Source: Daphnia carinata (Eukaryota). From it: 64,000 nucleotides of DNA. Both the position numbers and the translations under genes were made by a program. Below the pieces are notes generated by a model. That model was given only the letters and a program-made list of their open reading frames with translations, was not told the DNA's origin and ran no database searches. Each line of letters begins with the position of its first letter. Positions within the stretch are counted from its first letter, which is position 1. The DNA lies in the NCBI RefSeq assembly GCF_022539665.2, contig NC_081331.1, positions 5,208,001 through 5,272,000 of the forward strand. Direction: 5' to 3'. This document shows positions 1 to 15,248 of the stretch, piece after piece.

Positions 1-3000
1 TCACGTCCAACATTGGCTGCTTAATCTAACTACCATCCAACTCTTAAACGGACCTCTAAACCATTCGGAAACTAGGCAAATGTAAAACAGATCATTCTCT
101 CCCCCCAGTTTAGAATTTTGTTCTAAGCATTAGTTGCTGCCTAGTGAAATATTTATTTCGACTGTGTGATGATGTCGGCTGTACAGTGTTTTTGCGATAT
201 GTAAACCAGTCGTGAATAATATACTTCCCTTATTATTCCCGCACTCACATCGTTGACTACAATAATGTCTCTTCGCACCGCTTTGAACGAAAGAATTCTT
301 CATTGTACAGTTTCCTCAGAAGATGTCTTACAAATGTAGCGTATCCTCGACAACGCATGGGGGAACTTCTCATAAAACATAAAGCCGTTGATCCGTAATA
401 TCACCGGTATGCCAATATGAAGCCTCGTGTAGAACTCTTCGTACTCTATCCGTATACTATCATATCATCATCATATCATGTCGTTCATCTGTTTCTCTCT
501 TTCTATTCATAGTAATATTGAGTTTACTTTCATTCGAGTTCCCCAACAGCATTTCCTTGATATCCCTCCTCTTCAGAAAATAACTCCAGCACGTAAGCTT
601 TCCTTCAACTCAATAAGCTGTTACGTATAAGATACTGTTGCTGTTCGCTTCCGTTCGTGGTGAATTGGGCGCCTGTTTCGGTAAGACCAGCACGTCCCAG
701 CATCTGTGTAACCTTCAACAAACATCGTCACGTCAAACAATAAAAAAAAAGAACCAAAAACAAAAGACTGAACTGAGGATACAAGAGCATGAGCAGACCC
801 TCTCTGTGTCGATCGGAGTCAGACATATGGTCTTCCATTCTCACGTACTGTACATATATATTCCCTGATGCGAAAGAATATATACGAGACAGGCAAAGAA
901 AACGATCGACGAGAAGAGATATACGCTGTACTATCATACACGTAGCACGGTTATGATTCTAGAGCTAATCGATATTGCAAGCCGCTCGTATTCCCCATAG
1001 CATCTGTGCTTCTCTGGTGAAAAAGGGAAAATTCCCTAGCCGTCGTTCATCGTTTATTTATATGGGATAGACACATAACGAAGCGGTGCCGAGACGATGG
1101 CCGATTGTCCTAATAATTCTTTTCTCGCTGACGCAAAGCATAAAACTGGGCCGTATCCGGAACGAAGGGAAAATATTGACACTGTGTATAAAGATTTTGT
1201 CCTTGTGCTTCCCTCCTTTCCTTATATTTAAAAATTAAAGCTTCTCGTTTGCTATTGGAGACATGCCAGCAAGAGGAAATAGAAAAATGGGGCGCATTTC
1301 AAAAATCGCTTTATCAAGTTGTGACACGTTTCGAACCCACCAGCAAAAAACTCAGATGACAGACTGAAGAATCATTGCATTTTTGCTTCCGATTGACCTA
1401 GCGCCTTCGTTCACAGTGGTAACGATCCCAGAGTACTGTAGGGGATAAAGATAAGTGTGGATGGTCAATATCGATGCCCACGGAGACGTTGGGTCACATC
1501 GATCATCATTGCTGAATATGCATCAGTTCTACCCCCCGATGTCTCCTTCTCGATAGGCCAACTCTTTTTGCTTGCGTCCTTCGTCACACACTCACGCTGC
1601 TTTGTTTTTGTAAAGAGAAAAAAAAACTTGAGGAGAGTGGCTTGTATGAGGAGAACATACAGCGCTAGGGGACAATGTAACCTCGTGTAGATTTTCTCAG
1701 CTCGGCAAAAGTATATAGAGTGGCTTACGTATAAAAAATCGTGGCGGTGAATCTTTAAGAAAAACATAAGAAAAAAGCGGTCTGAGATGTGCGAGGATAC
1801 ACACAAGAAAAGCCTTGGACTTTCTTATACGTTCGATAAAAACGTATAGCGCTAACCTGAAAGGCATGCAACAAGATTGAGAAATCCTCTGATTTCCCAT
1901 TCCATCATGTATTCCGGCCATGGCGTTATGGTTTCGTGAAAGAAAATAAGTCAATAGAAAAAAAAAAACTCCTTTCAAGGGTTTTCGGCTTGTGCGTGCT
2001 TTTCAGTACCTTTACTACGCAGTTGCATAAATGTATGGCTTCTCTCTGTCTCTGTCCAACTAAGTTTACGAATTGTAATCATCTAGAGGTCCGGCTGACC
2101 ACTCTGTTCAATCGCCGTTGTCAGGGACAACAGAGTTCCTAAGAGAACTTGACGTAATACCACAAGAGGCGCTAATAATGAATAAATAACGATTGGCTGT
2201 CGACTTCCCTCGGTCTAGAGATGTTTCGTCATGCGGCACAATCACACGAATGAAACTTTTAGACTCGCAAAAAGTCCGCGTGTGATTGGCTGTGGTGAGC
2301 ACAAGTGTGTGTCTAGCGTGAATGTTATTCTGCGTGACAAAGTTAAATGATGCAGCACACGTACGTGCGTAGTCCGTTCTTATTTGCAGTGAAAAGAAAA
2401 ATGGGGGGGGGGGGAGAAAGAATAGTAGAGATTAAGACTTGAATATACGTTTGGTTTTTTTCACGGTCGGTTGGTTCGGGATCTGCCAGAGTCAACACAG
2501 CTCGCGAACACAATTGCGTTTTTACCGTCAGTCACTTGGGTACCATGAACACACACTCTAAGGTCATCTATCTAAATAGCCTCTATATGTATTATATACC
2601 TACTGCGTATATACTACATTGGCTGTCCATAAAAAATGCTTGTGTTTTATTCACCCTTTTTATACTGTATATATATATATATATATATACAGTATATTTC
2701 CAGTTGCCTAACTTTCTGCTGCTCTATTCCCCCCCCCCCCCCCATCTAAGTAGATTTAGCTCCCGGAAGAAAGAGAAGACGAATTAGTAACATGGATGCA
2801 TCTTTGTAAGGCGTTGTCGATCATTTGTGGTGAGAGCAAAAGAAGAAATAACGTTGTCTTGTGATCGATCTCTTTTTAAACAAGTTAAACTTGGCTACTA
2901 CATCCATAAGGCTTACAATTGAACGCTGAATAAGTTTGACGAACATAAACGTGAAAAATCAAAAGTTATATCAAAAGACTTTTCTATACATGTATCACAT

Positions 3001-6000
3001 AAAGGCCCTTTAACTTTCTCTAGAGGCTGCTCCCTATTTGCAACGTAAAAGTTGCCTAGTTACCGAAACACGGTCGGATGAGAACCGAGAAAAAAAAAGA
3101 AAGCGATTCACGAAGGAGCAAAAAAAAAAAATTATTTTCTACATTTTCTTTCTTTCTCTTTCGTCTACCCTTCATTCCCAGCAGATTTGACGCAACAAAG
3201 GAACACGAGTAATAGACAGAATTCAATCACGCGAACAATCATCAAAAGGATCGGGATCGGGAAAACAACGTTTCTCGAATAAATGAAACTCTATGGATAC
3301 TAAGGTTTTTCTTCTTCCTTCGTTCCCTTTGACGGTCTTTTCGTTTAACGATTGGCTCGTACGTTCGTGAAAATTCTACACTATGTTTTCTTTTCATTTT
3401 TTATTGTACAAAAACAGAAGCTTCTGTTTTCATCTATCACCTCTCGCTTGATGATGAAACGCACCCCCTTTCTATTTTGAATCTACGTACGATGTGGATG
3501 GCTTCATTTGTCGGTTCCCTGGATACCAGTTTATTCAAATGTCGAACGCAGCTGGTTGTTCGGTAGGGCGAATACTTTCAAAAACTGTGACCAGAGGAAA
3601 AACACAACACACAAAAAAAGGATTCTTATCGAATCGTTGTCGTGAATATAAAAAAAAAATGGTACATAAAGATTAGATTGAAAGGCTGGAAGGGGGGGAA
3701 GCATTTGGTGACACGCAGTAGTTTGTACCTCGTGCCGACGAGCGTGAAACCTAATCTTGTCCTTTCTGTGGCGTGGGGTGTGGACAAGACGCACTGCAAA
3801 AGACCCGTCTCATATGTGAACGTTTGGACGTGTTATAGGCGGTTGTTGACGGGCGGGCGATATCAAATACGAAAGTGAAGGGGGGGGGGGGAGAAAGAAC
3901 GACAAAAGATGCGAGTCTACGATGACAATCGTGAAGAAAAAAAAAAGGGCGTGTCTACTAAACAGCAGTTGATGGAAGCTAAAGAGATGGGAGCGTCAGC
4001 TGCTGGGCAACTAACGCCAACAACAGCAGTGATTCCTTTAACGAAAAGATGCTCCGACGTCTCTCTTACTTTTGTCGGTGCTTTACTGCATTAAGCAAAT
4101 ATAAGAAAACGGGATGAGGAATGGGGGTTGAACAGTTTCGTCTTTTATGTATTTTTGGTGTTTCCTTTGTCGCTTCGCATATGCAACCTTTTTTTTAAGA
4201 ATATAGCGAAGGCTATCCGAATTGATTGGATTTAAATACACGAACCCTGTGGCATCGTGTGTGACAACAAATAAAAAAAAAACAAGGATGTGAAATATTT
4301 GAAAAATGAAAATGGTTTGTGATCCTTGTCGACTTTGCACGAGAAATTGATGGAATCGTTTTGCGGGGTGTTGGAGGATTTTTATTCCACGCCATTTGCC
4401 GGTGGGTATATGGAAACGTTTTTTTTCAGATGAAACGAAAGACAGCACGTTTTGGTTACATCTCTCTAGTTTCCCAAAGAAAATCGTTTGTTGTAAAAGA
4501 CTTGGTGGAATGGCTGTTGTCGGGAGAAGTTAGATAGCACACTCAATTCCGGTTACTCAGGCAAAATACATCAAACGCAAAAACACGTGACTTGTCGGCA
4601 ACAAAAGAGGTCAGCATTTAAGTTCTATGCGATTCAAAGTTTAAAGTAAATACAGGGTAAAGGTTAAAAAATGAGCCAAAGAATAACTCTGGATAATGAA
4701 AAGCTCCCGGTTTTATTATGATAGTGTCACAACATCCGTGTCTTTTTATGTCTACATATAACAGCAGTGGCCAAATCATTACGCACTAGTTACGCCTCAT
4801 TGATTAACAATGGATGTGGACGACAGTTTGGCACGGAGCTATTTAGAACTCACGTCCGTCTTACCACCGAAAGCATTTAATGGACTGCTCCATAAAAGAA
4901 AGGAAGAATCAAAGTTGGCATCAAATACCAACATCTCGTATTCCAAAGGGCTTTTACTTCCTTGTTCTTTAAAAATAATTAAATTCTACAATGATATCTA
5001 TCGCTTTTCGTTTAATAATTATCCACAGTCCTCTCAAAAGTCTATGCATAGCTAAATTGTTTTTGAAGACCTCCATAATCTTGAATTTATGGAATAACCA
5101 TAGAGAAGCCGACAGTTCATCAGGATTTATCTATTGACGCTTGCCGCCGCATACTGTACCAATGGAACTGTGCTAAAGTATACGCACATACTCAAAGGAC
5201 TTTTTATCCACAAGAAAAATAGCTTATTATAAAAATGCGGATTTATTTTCATGAGCCAACGACTTCCTCCTAACGCGAAGCGATCGCTTCGAGTCTCAAC
5301 TCTTTTTTTCTTTTCGTTTCACTTTGACCCTTGGGAAAAATTCTTTATGCAGATCCTCTGCGCATCTAAGTATAATGGCTGCTAGCTGACGCAGACAGCC
5401 GTCTAGCCGCGTGAATTATACGGGCCTAATAAATATGAGAATTAAGAGAAAACTGGGCGGGAAGAAGGGCAGTTAAAGTCGGGAGAAAAGTGATTCGCTT
5501 ACGAGAAGACACGCAACTTTTGTTGCTAAAAAAAAAAAAAGGGAAGAGCGTCGTTTGCAGACGCGTCTAATATATACATCGTATACGGCTCTTTAAATGT
5601 GTCCGTTCTCGTGTGATTGAATCCCTACACCGCCCACCTTTTTTTTGTTCTTCTTCTTTCTTGGTGCTCATTAATCTCGGCGTGTTGTGTGTGCATTCTT
5701 TTTTCTTCTGTTTTCACCCCTTCCGCCTCTTTCTTTTGCGTTTTGGAGTCTGACTTCCGCCAAGTAATCAATGCCCTTTCGTGTACGGCCGCAATGCAAA
5801 AAAATATATATATAAAGAATCCCGCCGTATTTGCCTCTTCCGGACTGTCTATAAGCAACTGCGCAGTCCAATCGTGAGATGGTCCCCAGCTGATGCATCG
5901 TCCATTCTATTTATTAAGGGTCACTAACACGATCGAACGTATCTCCGGATATATATGCCTCAGTAGGCCTCCGAAAACAAATGCCAAACTGTCGGCAAAG

Positions 6001-9000
6001 TTTTGCAAAAGAGAACATTTTTGGTTGATATTCGAAAGCAAACAAAAACAAAGAAGAAAAAGCCGAGCTACGACGGAAGCTTTCCATCAATTTATAGTTT
6101 GTTTTGTCCTCATATAGTGTTTCATTCTGCGACGTCTTTATACACAATGAGCAGAAGACTTGTGTTTGTTATTGTAACACACACACACACACACGCCCAT
6201 CGCATTGACACGTAGTGTAACACAATGGGAAACAAAGAAAAAGACCAAAAACAAATGAGAAAGATGAATGCTCAAAGGAGAGAGTCTATTTTGGCAGCCA
6301 GCAAGATATGTTAGTGGCCGTGTAGTAGTGATAGTAGTTTGGGTTTGTGTGGCTGTCCGCTAGCATGTCATCCTCCAGCGGTGGGGGGGGGGGTCACGAC
6401 ACGTCGGCAAATGTCACGACGAAGAAAGAAAAGACAAAAACGGATGAGTGCAAAAAAGGATCAACAAAAAGGAAAAGAGACAACAGCTGGTATATAGTTG
6501 ATGTATCGCGGAAAGTAAAGGCTACCCCCCCCCCCTCCCCCGCTACTGAACGTGATACATAAAAATAGAAGAAGTTTTGATGTGTGAGCGAAACTAGTTT
6601 CGTGGTGGACTGTGGCCAGCTGGTCGAATGAAAAAAAAACGTTTAGATGAGGAATGAAACCAAAACTCTTGTGCGAATCGAGGGAACATTAAACGTCCAA
6701 CGATAACTAACAAAGAACCCGCATTTCTTTCTTGTCCCGTCCATTTCTTTTTACAGCAACCGATGAATGGAGGCTATTTGATTTTTATAGACATCAAATG
6801 TTCAACAGATGGCTTTCAAAAGATGAACCGATTCTTTCTGCGGCCACTCCAATCTTCGAGCTGATACAAGTGCACACTATGAACTATCGAACGTTAAAAA
6901 TGACATTATTTTGAAGCCTACCTTCAACCTGTCTAGAAGGACGACGTTAAGGGCTGATGAATAATTCAGATGACAATCATCCGACGTGTAATACGTTTGA
7001 ATTCGAGCAAAAAAAAAAAAAAAAAAAAAAAAAAACGCGAACGAAGTGGACGATTCGTGTCTTTCGTGTGCGATATAGCCGGAAATTCTTGTTGTATAGA
7101 ACAAGAAATATAAGTAAAATCTATTATCTCTTCGACCATGCGGCGACGTGGTTACACTGTCCGCTTCTGCCGGCGCTTCTTGACTGAGCCATAAACCTAT
7201 CCGACCCTTGCACGACTATCCCGCCGCTCCAAAAACAGAGGGTCCAGGGCGCATTTTCACGACGCATGGCACGTAATGCTCACCACACGATGAAAGAGGT
7301 AGAAATATTTTTTTTTCACGAAAAAAGGCAAAAGAAATGTGCTCCGCTTGTGATTTGTTTTGTGGCCGAGTTCGTAGGATTGATATACCTTTAGACAGTG
7401 TGCAAAAGCAGCAATAAAATTGTTTCTATAGAATTTCGTATGGTGCATCGGCCCTTTCTCTTTTCCCTTCCGCCCCTTCTCTTTCTATAGAGGGATTTGT
7501 TTTTGCTCATCACTCTATTTGCGTTTGCAAGTAGAGACAGGACTGTTGCAGTCAATCTCTTCTGGTTCTTATATTCGTATCAAATTACATTTATTTATAC
7601 GGATTCGAAGTCAAGACGGATGTAAGTTTCTTTTGGCCAAAGACATCAAGTATAGGGAGGAAGAGTGGTATGGCCTTGGCACAGCTGGCTTCATATTCCC
7701 CGATATTCAAATGAGAATCGATTGCGTATAGGAAATTAAAAAATCACATCAAGTATTAACGAAGCTTATGTTTATAATGATTTCTTAACCTACTGCCACA
7801 GCACTGAATTACACAGAATGGAGAAAGGATATCAAGAAAGGTCCGTCCACCACTCTTCTATACATTTATACATGGAAGCAATTAAAAGCGGATCAGAACG
7901 GTATCATAGGTAAGACAGCGTCTCCCTTATCGTGGCTGGCAATATAAAAACAGCCCCAGAGTTAAATCTTGCTATGACGTAAAAAAAAGAGCATTATATA
8001 TGATAACACTTTTATTTTTTTTTAGACGTGTTCCCCTCAAAAAAGAAAGACCACATGTATAAAACATGGAGCGTGATATAAATGTATAATAACATTGGGC
8101 TTGTTCCTAGTAGAGCTCTATGGGTCTTTGTCGTTTCATGATGGACTGCCGTTGCGTAGATCTATGAGCCCCTACATAGCCCATACTTGGGCTTATATAT
8201 GAAACACACGCGGTGAATGATCTAGGCTCTTGAGTTTATATCGCGTGAAAAGTGTAGGCAAACTTATTCTTTTCTCTCCCCGCTGCTCAACTTTATCCAA
8301 TGTCTGCTGGCCAGCCGAATCTTTGTTAACGAGCTCAAGCTCGCAACCGTGACACGATATTAGGATATTCCTCATATCGGGCCGGTGAATAGCTCATAGC
8401 ACCAAGAGTTCTGTTTACTCAGCTAAAAGTTCATGTTATGTTCTCAGCCATTCTTTAGTTTTTAAGTTCCTTTTAAAATGGAAGCGTTCAAAAGCAAAAA
8501 AAAAAAAACGGTGGTAATAGTAGATGGTTGGACGGTTTTTCTGAAAAAAGGAAAACGATTTTGATCTTCATGGAAATTTGTATACGACCTCATTGAGGCC
8601 ATTCAAGTTGGCTGCACAATTTCAAAAGTATAGGCCCGGAAAATGGAAATTTTCTGCTTAGCTGTACAGCCTTTACGAAAAATTGTATTCGAATAACGTT
8701 GACAGAACATGGCAGCGTAAGGAGCAATGGCTGCCTTCATAATACTGTTACACATTCAGTTAAAGTTCCAGGAAAAATATGTAACAGGCGTGCCTCCAAA
8801 AAACGAAAAGATGACGAACTGGAACACATATATAACGAGGTCTGCTGATGTCATTTGGCTGTGTGACCTGTCTCGTCAATGACATCGTCAATGAGAACGC
8901 AATACAGCGGACCGTTCTCGATTGATTTGATTTCCGCAAGTAACGCAGCGAGAGCTCCTTGAAATCCGCTTCGCTGCTCTCCAACGTGATTCGATTGCTG

Positions 9001-10398
9001 TATTCGCTGCCTTTATCCAACACAATAAACCCCGGCAGCAATGACAGACAGTTGGAATATAGACGGTGAAAGCAATCTATTCAACAACAACAAAAAAAGG
9101 GATAGCCTATACATGCGCTGAATACGTGCGGAATTATCGGCCGGAATAAATCGAATCAACGTAGACCCACATTTAGGCCTATGTTCACATGCGGTTTCAT
9201 CCACTGGCTGGAAAGTAGGCCACACGTTCCAACATCGTGACGGAAAGCTATCGTGTTTTCATCGAAGATGTTGTGCTAGAGGCAGCATCTTCTTGATGAA
9301 GTTAACTGCAACGTGTGTACGAGAGCGGCATAATACAACGTCCATGCTACTATGTAGTACCTCACTATCAGACACCGCCTGTCAGGATTTGCTAGATCGA
9401 TATGAACTGTAAGTCTTGGTGCGTATTTTTTCTGTCTTCCGGATAGGTCCGCGTGTGAGTTTGCGGACCAGTAGATGGCTGTTGCATCTCTGTTTTGAGC
9501 CTGGACTGGAGTCAGCAATTCCGCGGGATAATCTGTTACCTTCGTGCGGGAGTGTTGGGATTTCATAACAAAGTTACCTAAATGTCCTGATTTCGCAGTT
9601 GTATTCTGCAACATTGTCCAATTCACGTCAATTATTATATAAAGTTTTGAGGCGTAGTTGCGTTAGTAACCAAATTTAGATCACGTCTTTTCTTTTCTTC
9701 GTGCCGTTGTCATTACGTGTGACCGAGAGTCCCGTTCATTGCCTTTAGCAGTGCTTTGGTTCGTTTGCTGTAAAAGGAGATTGGCACCTAATTGTTTCCC
9801 TGTTTCCGATTAGGATAGCTCTGTTTAACATGTGCCCCTCATTTTTGGAAAATGTCCTACATTTTTTGCTGCGTTCTATGTAAACAAATTCAACCCAAAT
9901 TCTGTACTTCCTGCACAGCATTTGCGCGTTAAAGACCGGTTCTGTTTTTGGTTGTCGTTGAATGTAAGATAAAAACGGCGATTAAACAACAACCGTTGTA
10001 AACTGGCACAAGTGTAGGAAACGATGCATTATTTTTTTTTTTTTAAGGAGGGAAAAGAATTATCAAAATAAAAAAACAAGACGATATGACTTGATTGCAT
10101 TATATTGTAATATTGTTTGTGCCGTTTCTGTAAAAGATTATTTGTATGACGAGGTGCGCCGAAATGAACGACATGGTGAGGATTAAATTAGGGTTGATTC
10201 ATTCAGCCTATAGCCGTCAGAAAACGAAAACATTCCTTACAATTTGAATTGCAATAATTTACGAACATGTTAATGCGAAAGTTTGTTGTTGAATACGGCA
10301 AAGGGAAATATGAATTGGCAAGAAAAAAAAATCAAAATTAAAGACAGAAGGCTTTTGGTAGAAAGACTTGCATCGAATGGCTAATGGCCCAAACATTT

Positions 10399-11320
10399 TT
10401 AGTTCGAACATTTGCGATTGAGCTCATCAATGGCACATTGCGGAATGGGGCCGGCCTTCGAACAAACTGGGATCGAGGTAGATACAGTGACTTCCATTAC
10501 GGTAGCTCTCCTCGTCACCGTCCAATAATTCTGGAACATTTGCCGATTTTGGGAGGCGATCGCCTGGACGTACCTCCGGTTGAATGGCAGAGAAACCGGC
10601 TTGAACGGGCCGCTACGGAAACCTGATTCAATATCTTGAGGACGATTGCCGTACATGAACACTAATTGAGGATCAGCGGCACGATCCTCTCGTGAGGGCA
10701 ATCGTGGTAACCGGGTGCTTTCAACTCTGCGTCCATTGCGACATCAAATAGAATTGTAATGCCGATATACGAATAAATAGGACTACGCATTGAATAGAAT
10801 TTTACCTTTGGACGGCACTGGGGAAAATGGCGAATTGGTGTTCCATATCCTCGTCCATTAAAATGTCCTCTTCTCGTTCTTGTTCCTTCCTACATCCACA
10901 CAGTAAACAAAATATGGTATATAGCAGAAACGTATCAATTGCTTTTTCTAAATGTTTAATGTGATGTTACATTTCAGGGTAAACTGGTGAAGGTCGTCCA
11001 GGTCTGACAAACCATGCTGGGCGACGAGAAGGCCGTTCCGGTCTTTCAATGATGGAAGTGCGAAGACTGCAAGGCGTGTCGACGTATTTCGTACAAACAA
11101 TGGTGGAAGTGCTGGTCATGTATTCCATGATGGTCGGTCGTGTTTGTCTCACAGGGAATACCAAAGAGAACGTCACCATCTCCTGTCGAGGTTCTACCGA
11201 TCCCAGATTGTAGTACGGATAACTGTTAGGCTGAAAGAAGTCGGATTCGTCCGATTCCCTGATTTCTTTGGTGGCCGTTGCAATCACGGCGATTGCGATT
11301 AGCGACAGAACCGAACGCAT
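10399..11320 (-). CDS. Secreted Thr-rich/Cys-pair 'ADPQ' family protein, paralog A (~253 aa, 3 exons)
   Basis: Exons 11320-10971, 10889-10806, 10726-10399 joined by GT-AG phase-2 introns (762 nt, in frame). Signal peptide MRSVLSLIAIAVIATA; CTKYVDTPC; acidic exon ending QFAIFPSAVQ; REDR-AADPQ; CSKAGPIPQC. TATA at 11442-11449. Confidence 0.88.
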
Positions 11321-12485
11321 TTTATTTATTTTTTTTAGGAATCACGAATTAAATAAAAAGGAAAACGGGCAGCTCGGAGAGTAGTTGAACCAGGAAATCT
11401 CTTCAACAAACGACTACTGAACTTGAAGCATTACGGCTGCCTTTTTATAAGAACGGGTTGGTTAATTCTAGTCTTAGTGAAAAAAAATCCAAGACCAGCT
11501 TGCAAACTGGTTTGCTCGAAAGAGTTCAACGTCTTTCCAAGCCCTTTAAACTTCAAAGCACACTCCTGAAATATAACTAAAAATGGGAGTAAATACCGTA
11601 TACTATGTTGATCGCTTGATCCTTAAAAAAACAAAAACAAAAAAAAAACACTATACAGTAAACATATATTTGGCATGATCATTTGTTTACGTTGTTATTT
11701 GACTATTCAGGAGGCTTGGGATTCTTTTTTTGAAGTGCGTGGAGTTGTCGGTCAAAGCGTGTTCAACCTAAGAACCGGATTCTGTTATTGGAATTTTTTT
11801 TGCTGGAAGCTCTGAAGCTATTTATCGGCGTTTTAAAATGGAATTTCAAAGGAAAATTAACTCGGCCAAATTTGATTTCCGATAAATTGGCAATGCCATG
11901 TAGCTAGTCATACGTGTGTATTACAAGAATTGCACTAATTTCGTGGAGTTAACAAAAAAAAACAAACAATTGAACTAGAATGCATTCTTCGAAAACTGAT
12001 CTAAAACAATGTGTCAATAAAACTTGCCAATAAATTGTCGTAAAATGTTTTTTTTATACGGTAATGTATGACCCGTTAATTATTTTTTTTGCTTTATTCG
12101 ATGACCGTGTCACCTATGTCACAGTCGCATTTGAATTCGTGATAAAGCGCATTATATCTTTCTTAGTATTACTGAACTAAACAGATATCGGCTATCTGCA
12201 GTGTCTTATACTCAAGAAAATGCGCGTATATTCTTGTAATACGTGAACGGAATAAGGAACTTTAATGCTGAACTTGAATAACAGTATGTATTTTTTCCGA
12301 AAAATGTTCCCCAAATTCCAAACCAGCTGCTTGATCGGCGATTGACAAATACCAGATGTAAATGAAAAGAAACAACAAGAAAGACGGGACCTTCTTTTTC
12401 TTCACAGAAAGCGCTGTGAGAAGTCAAATGTTTCCTGTTTCAGTGCGAAACAGTTGATAACCAGTTAAATATTAAATACAATTCA

Positions 12486-13389
12486 TCATTCCCAGCACCT
12501 CCGAAGGGGATTTTCCGGTGGACATTGCGGGATTGTACCAGTTGTTGAACATGCCGGCGTCGATGTGGATATAGCAATTTCAAAGACGGTTGTTTTCCTT
12601 GTGACTGTCCACAAATTTTGCAGAAACACCTGACGCTGGGCGTTGTTCAATTGTGGATATTGTTTGTTGAATGACGTGGCATCAGAACTGTAATCGTCAC
12701 TGCGAAAACCTGTTTCTCCGTCCCGAGCTTTTGGGTTGTAATATTTCGAAGCTACTAAGAACAGCTGCGGATCGGCGGCACGGACCTCTCTTGTTGGCAA
12801 TGCTGTAGTCTCGAATCTGGATTCATTAGAAAATTAAAGTGTTTTTTAAACAACTTACTTTGATATAAAACACGTAACGTTTTTGAATCACCTTTGAACA
12901 ACAGAGGGGAAAATGGGGAACTGCTCGTCGTAATTATCTCCGTCTAACACGAAACTGAGCATCTCGTCTTGCCTTCCTGTTCCAGCACTGAATTAAAGAA
13001 ATAAGCATAAACTTATTTTTTGGATATTGAAATTAACTGAATACAATTTTCAAAAAATACTTTTTGTTTGGTGCCATTGACGGTCGGCTGCTACGCCATG
13101 GTCGTTGAGTTCTCCGGCGATTATTGCATCGATTATTCACTGATTTCGTGCAATAAATAGTTGAAGTTGACGTCAATGTTTCGAGGACCGTTATCCGCGA
13201 AGGGAAAGCCATTGCAGGAATAACGAACGACATTGTCAGCATCTCTTGTCGAACACCTTCGGCGCTCGACTCGGGCTCGTTGTGCGCATAATTTTTGAAC
13301 GGATAAAAACTGATCGCTTGTGACACCTTTTGTTTGGCAGCAGCGTTCACATACACTACGATCACCAATAACAAGAATTGCAAACGCAT
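12486..13389 (-). CDS. 'ADPQ' family paralog B (~251 aa, 3 exons)
   Basis: Exons 13389-13061, 12987-12892, 12816-12486 (756 nt). MRLQFLLLVIVVYVNA signal; CTKSVNNRC; EQFPIFPSVVQ; REVR-AADPQ; CSTTGTIPQC. Confidence 0.88.
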
Positions 13390-15248
13390 TTTTTGAAAAC
13401 AATGTTGAAGATCCGCTCTGTTTGGATGGTAAACTAGTGATCTAGCTATTGAGGAAGACTGTCGAACCAACGCCATTCGATGTCCGTTTTTATGCAAATG
13501 GTTCCGTCCGTTTGTAAACCAGTTTCGACTGTATCCGTCAAACTATTCCACTGGAAGTCAAATGGTTTTTAGCTATGAGATATTACGTTCCTGCATTCCC
13601 TTATCCGTGCAGAGCAAATACATGGAACAACGACAAGAATCTCGTTCAATGTTTTGTAAAACTGGATTTTTTCTTTCGTTTCTTTTTTTTTTTCTTTTCA
13701 AGGGTACATTGGCATCTCCCTACTAGCAGACAAGTTTTTTATTTTAATTTTTGTCATTTGCCGAAAGCGGTTAATATCTTCCAACGTCTAATGATAAATT
13801 TGTTTAACGTCGGTCACGGTCATTTTCCACCAGCATATTTGTATTTCCACAAAAGTTTGTCATTGCCCATTGGCCTTTTTATTTTTTTACAGTTCTGTCG
13901 TCGACCCTTTTGATATGACGTTGCGTGACTGAAAATCAAATGTCACGCAATGGACACACTAATCGGAATAGCTAAGTACGATGGATAAGTATGAGAATTC
14001 AATGTTTTTTCCGAGTGCCGTGTGGCATTTTGATGTGCTTCCTTATCGATTGGTTGACTTGAAAGCCCTCCCCCCCCCCCAAAAAAAAAAAATACTTAGA
14101 CTTTGTGTATCCTAATACATGAGAAAATGTAATGTTATTTTTTCAGTGGAACACAAAGTTTGAACGTAATAGTGTTGACCTGGAATTTCTTTGTGCCAAG
14201 GGAACAATAAACGCAGCCAGGATCCTCCGTTACATTGTACGAAATGTTTATCGTTTCACTTCGTTGATATTGCGCAGACATCAGCTCGTAATAGCGTTGA
14301 CGTGGACAAACGGTGACATGGTCGCGACAGTTACGGGGGCGTAAGATGATTTGCTCAATGGCAAGGCGTGGAAGTAAAGGCTAGGTAGGATATTACAGTT
14401 AAAGAAAAAAAAAAGAAAGAAAGCGGCCATGATGGATTTTTGATGCCCCTTCCTCCTCTTCCGATTCGCTGATGAATTTTCCCACCTAAAAAAGATGTAG
14501 CTTTTCGAAACTGTCGAAACAAAAAGGTAAGACAAACAAAGAAATGCCGATGGGTTAAAGATAAAAAACAATCACTTGGGGCAATGAACAGGTAGGGCGT
14601 AAATCCAGCAACCGCCGGGAATGCTTGCGACTACATGCCGTTCACTCTAAAAACTTGTTTGATAGTTGTACCTTCTCATTGCCACGTACTCACGTTTAAT
14701 AACTTTAATAGGTTCTAAATAAACTAAAATATCTACAATAAACATTGCACATTTTAGTCTAAATAAAATCAACACTCTTTCAAAACAACCTCTGTTATAA
14801 TGACAGTTGCTAAACCCAATCGAGCACTGCATTAAAAAAAAATAAATCGTCAATAGCCGAACTCTGAAATACGGTTATATCCCTCCCCTTGCAATTCGTT
14901 TCTCTGTGTTCGATTCCCGCGCTGTCCCAATTTTCGTGACCTCCATACCCCTCCCGGCACGCCCTCACGCTCTGCCCATCATTCGTTTCCACGTCTATAG
15001 TTTCGCAACCTGTTGCTTCTCCACATCATTCTGGATTCATCTTCATAGCGTAGGATGGAGAACAACAACGCTCAACAACTACTCCCACACCATGTTATAA
15101 ACAGATCAAAACATAGCAGGATTACTTTCGTTTTAATTATTCAATTCTGGTGGATTACAATAAGTTACAGATGAAATGATGGCACGTTATTGGGTAAGCA
15201 GTAAACACGTCTGGTGATGTTTCCTTTTTTCCTCCAGAAAACAAAAAT

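Noticed and set aside
2667..7035. Microsatellites and homopolymers: (TA)n near 2670, (CA)n near 6180, poly-A near 7010
   Set aside because: Ordinary simple repeats with no associated structure.
1..10300. Numerous 60-120 aa ORFs in the first 10 kb
   Set aside because: Homopolymer-driven composition (poly-K/F), no domains, no consistent exon chain; likely intronic or intergenic. I did not recognise any known miRNA by eye.
13921..13950. Small inverted repeat TTGCGTGAC..GTCACGCAA
   Set aside because: 9-bp stem, single copy, within chance expectation.
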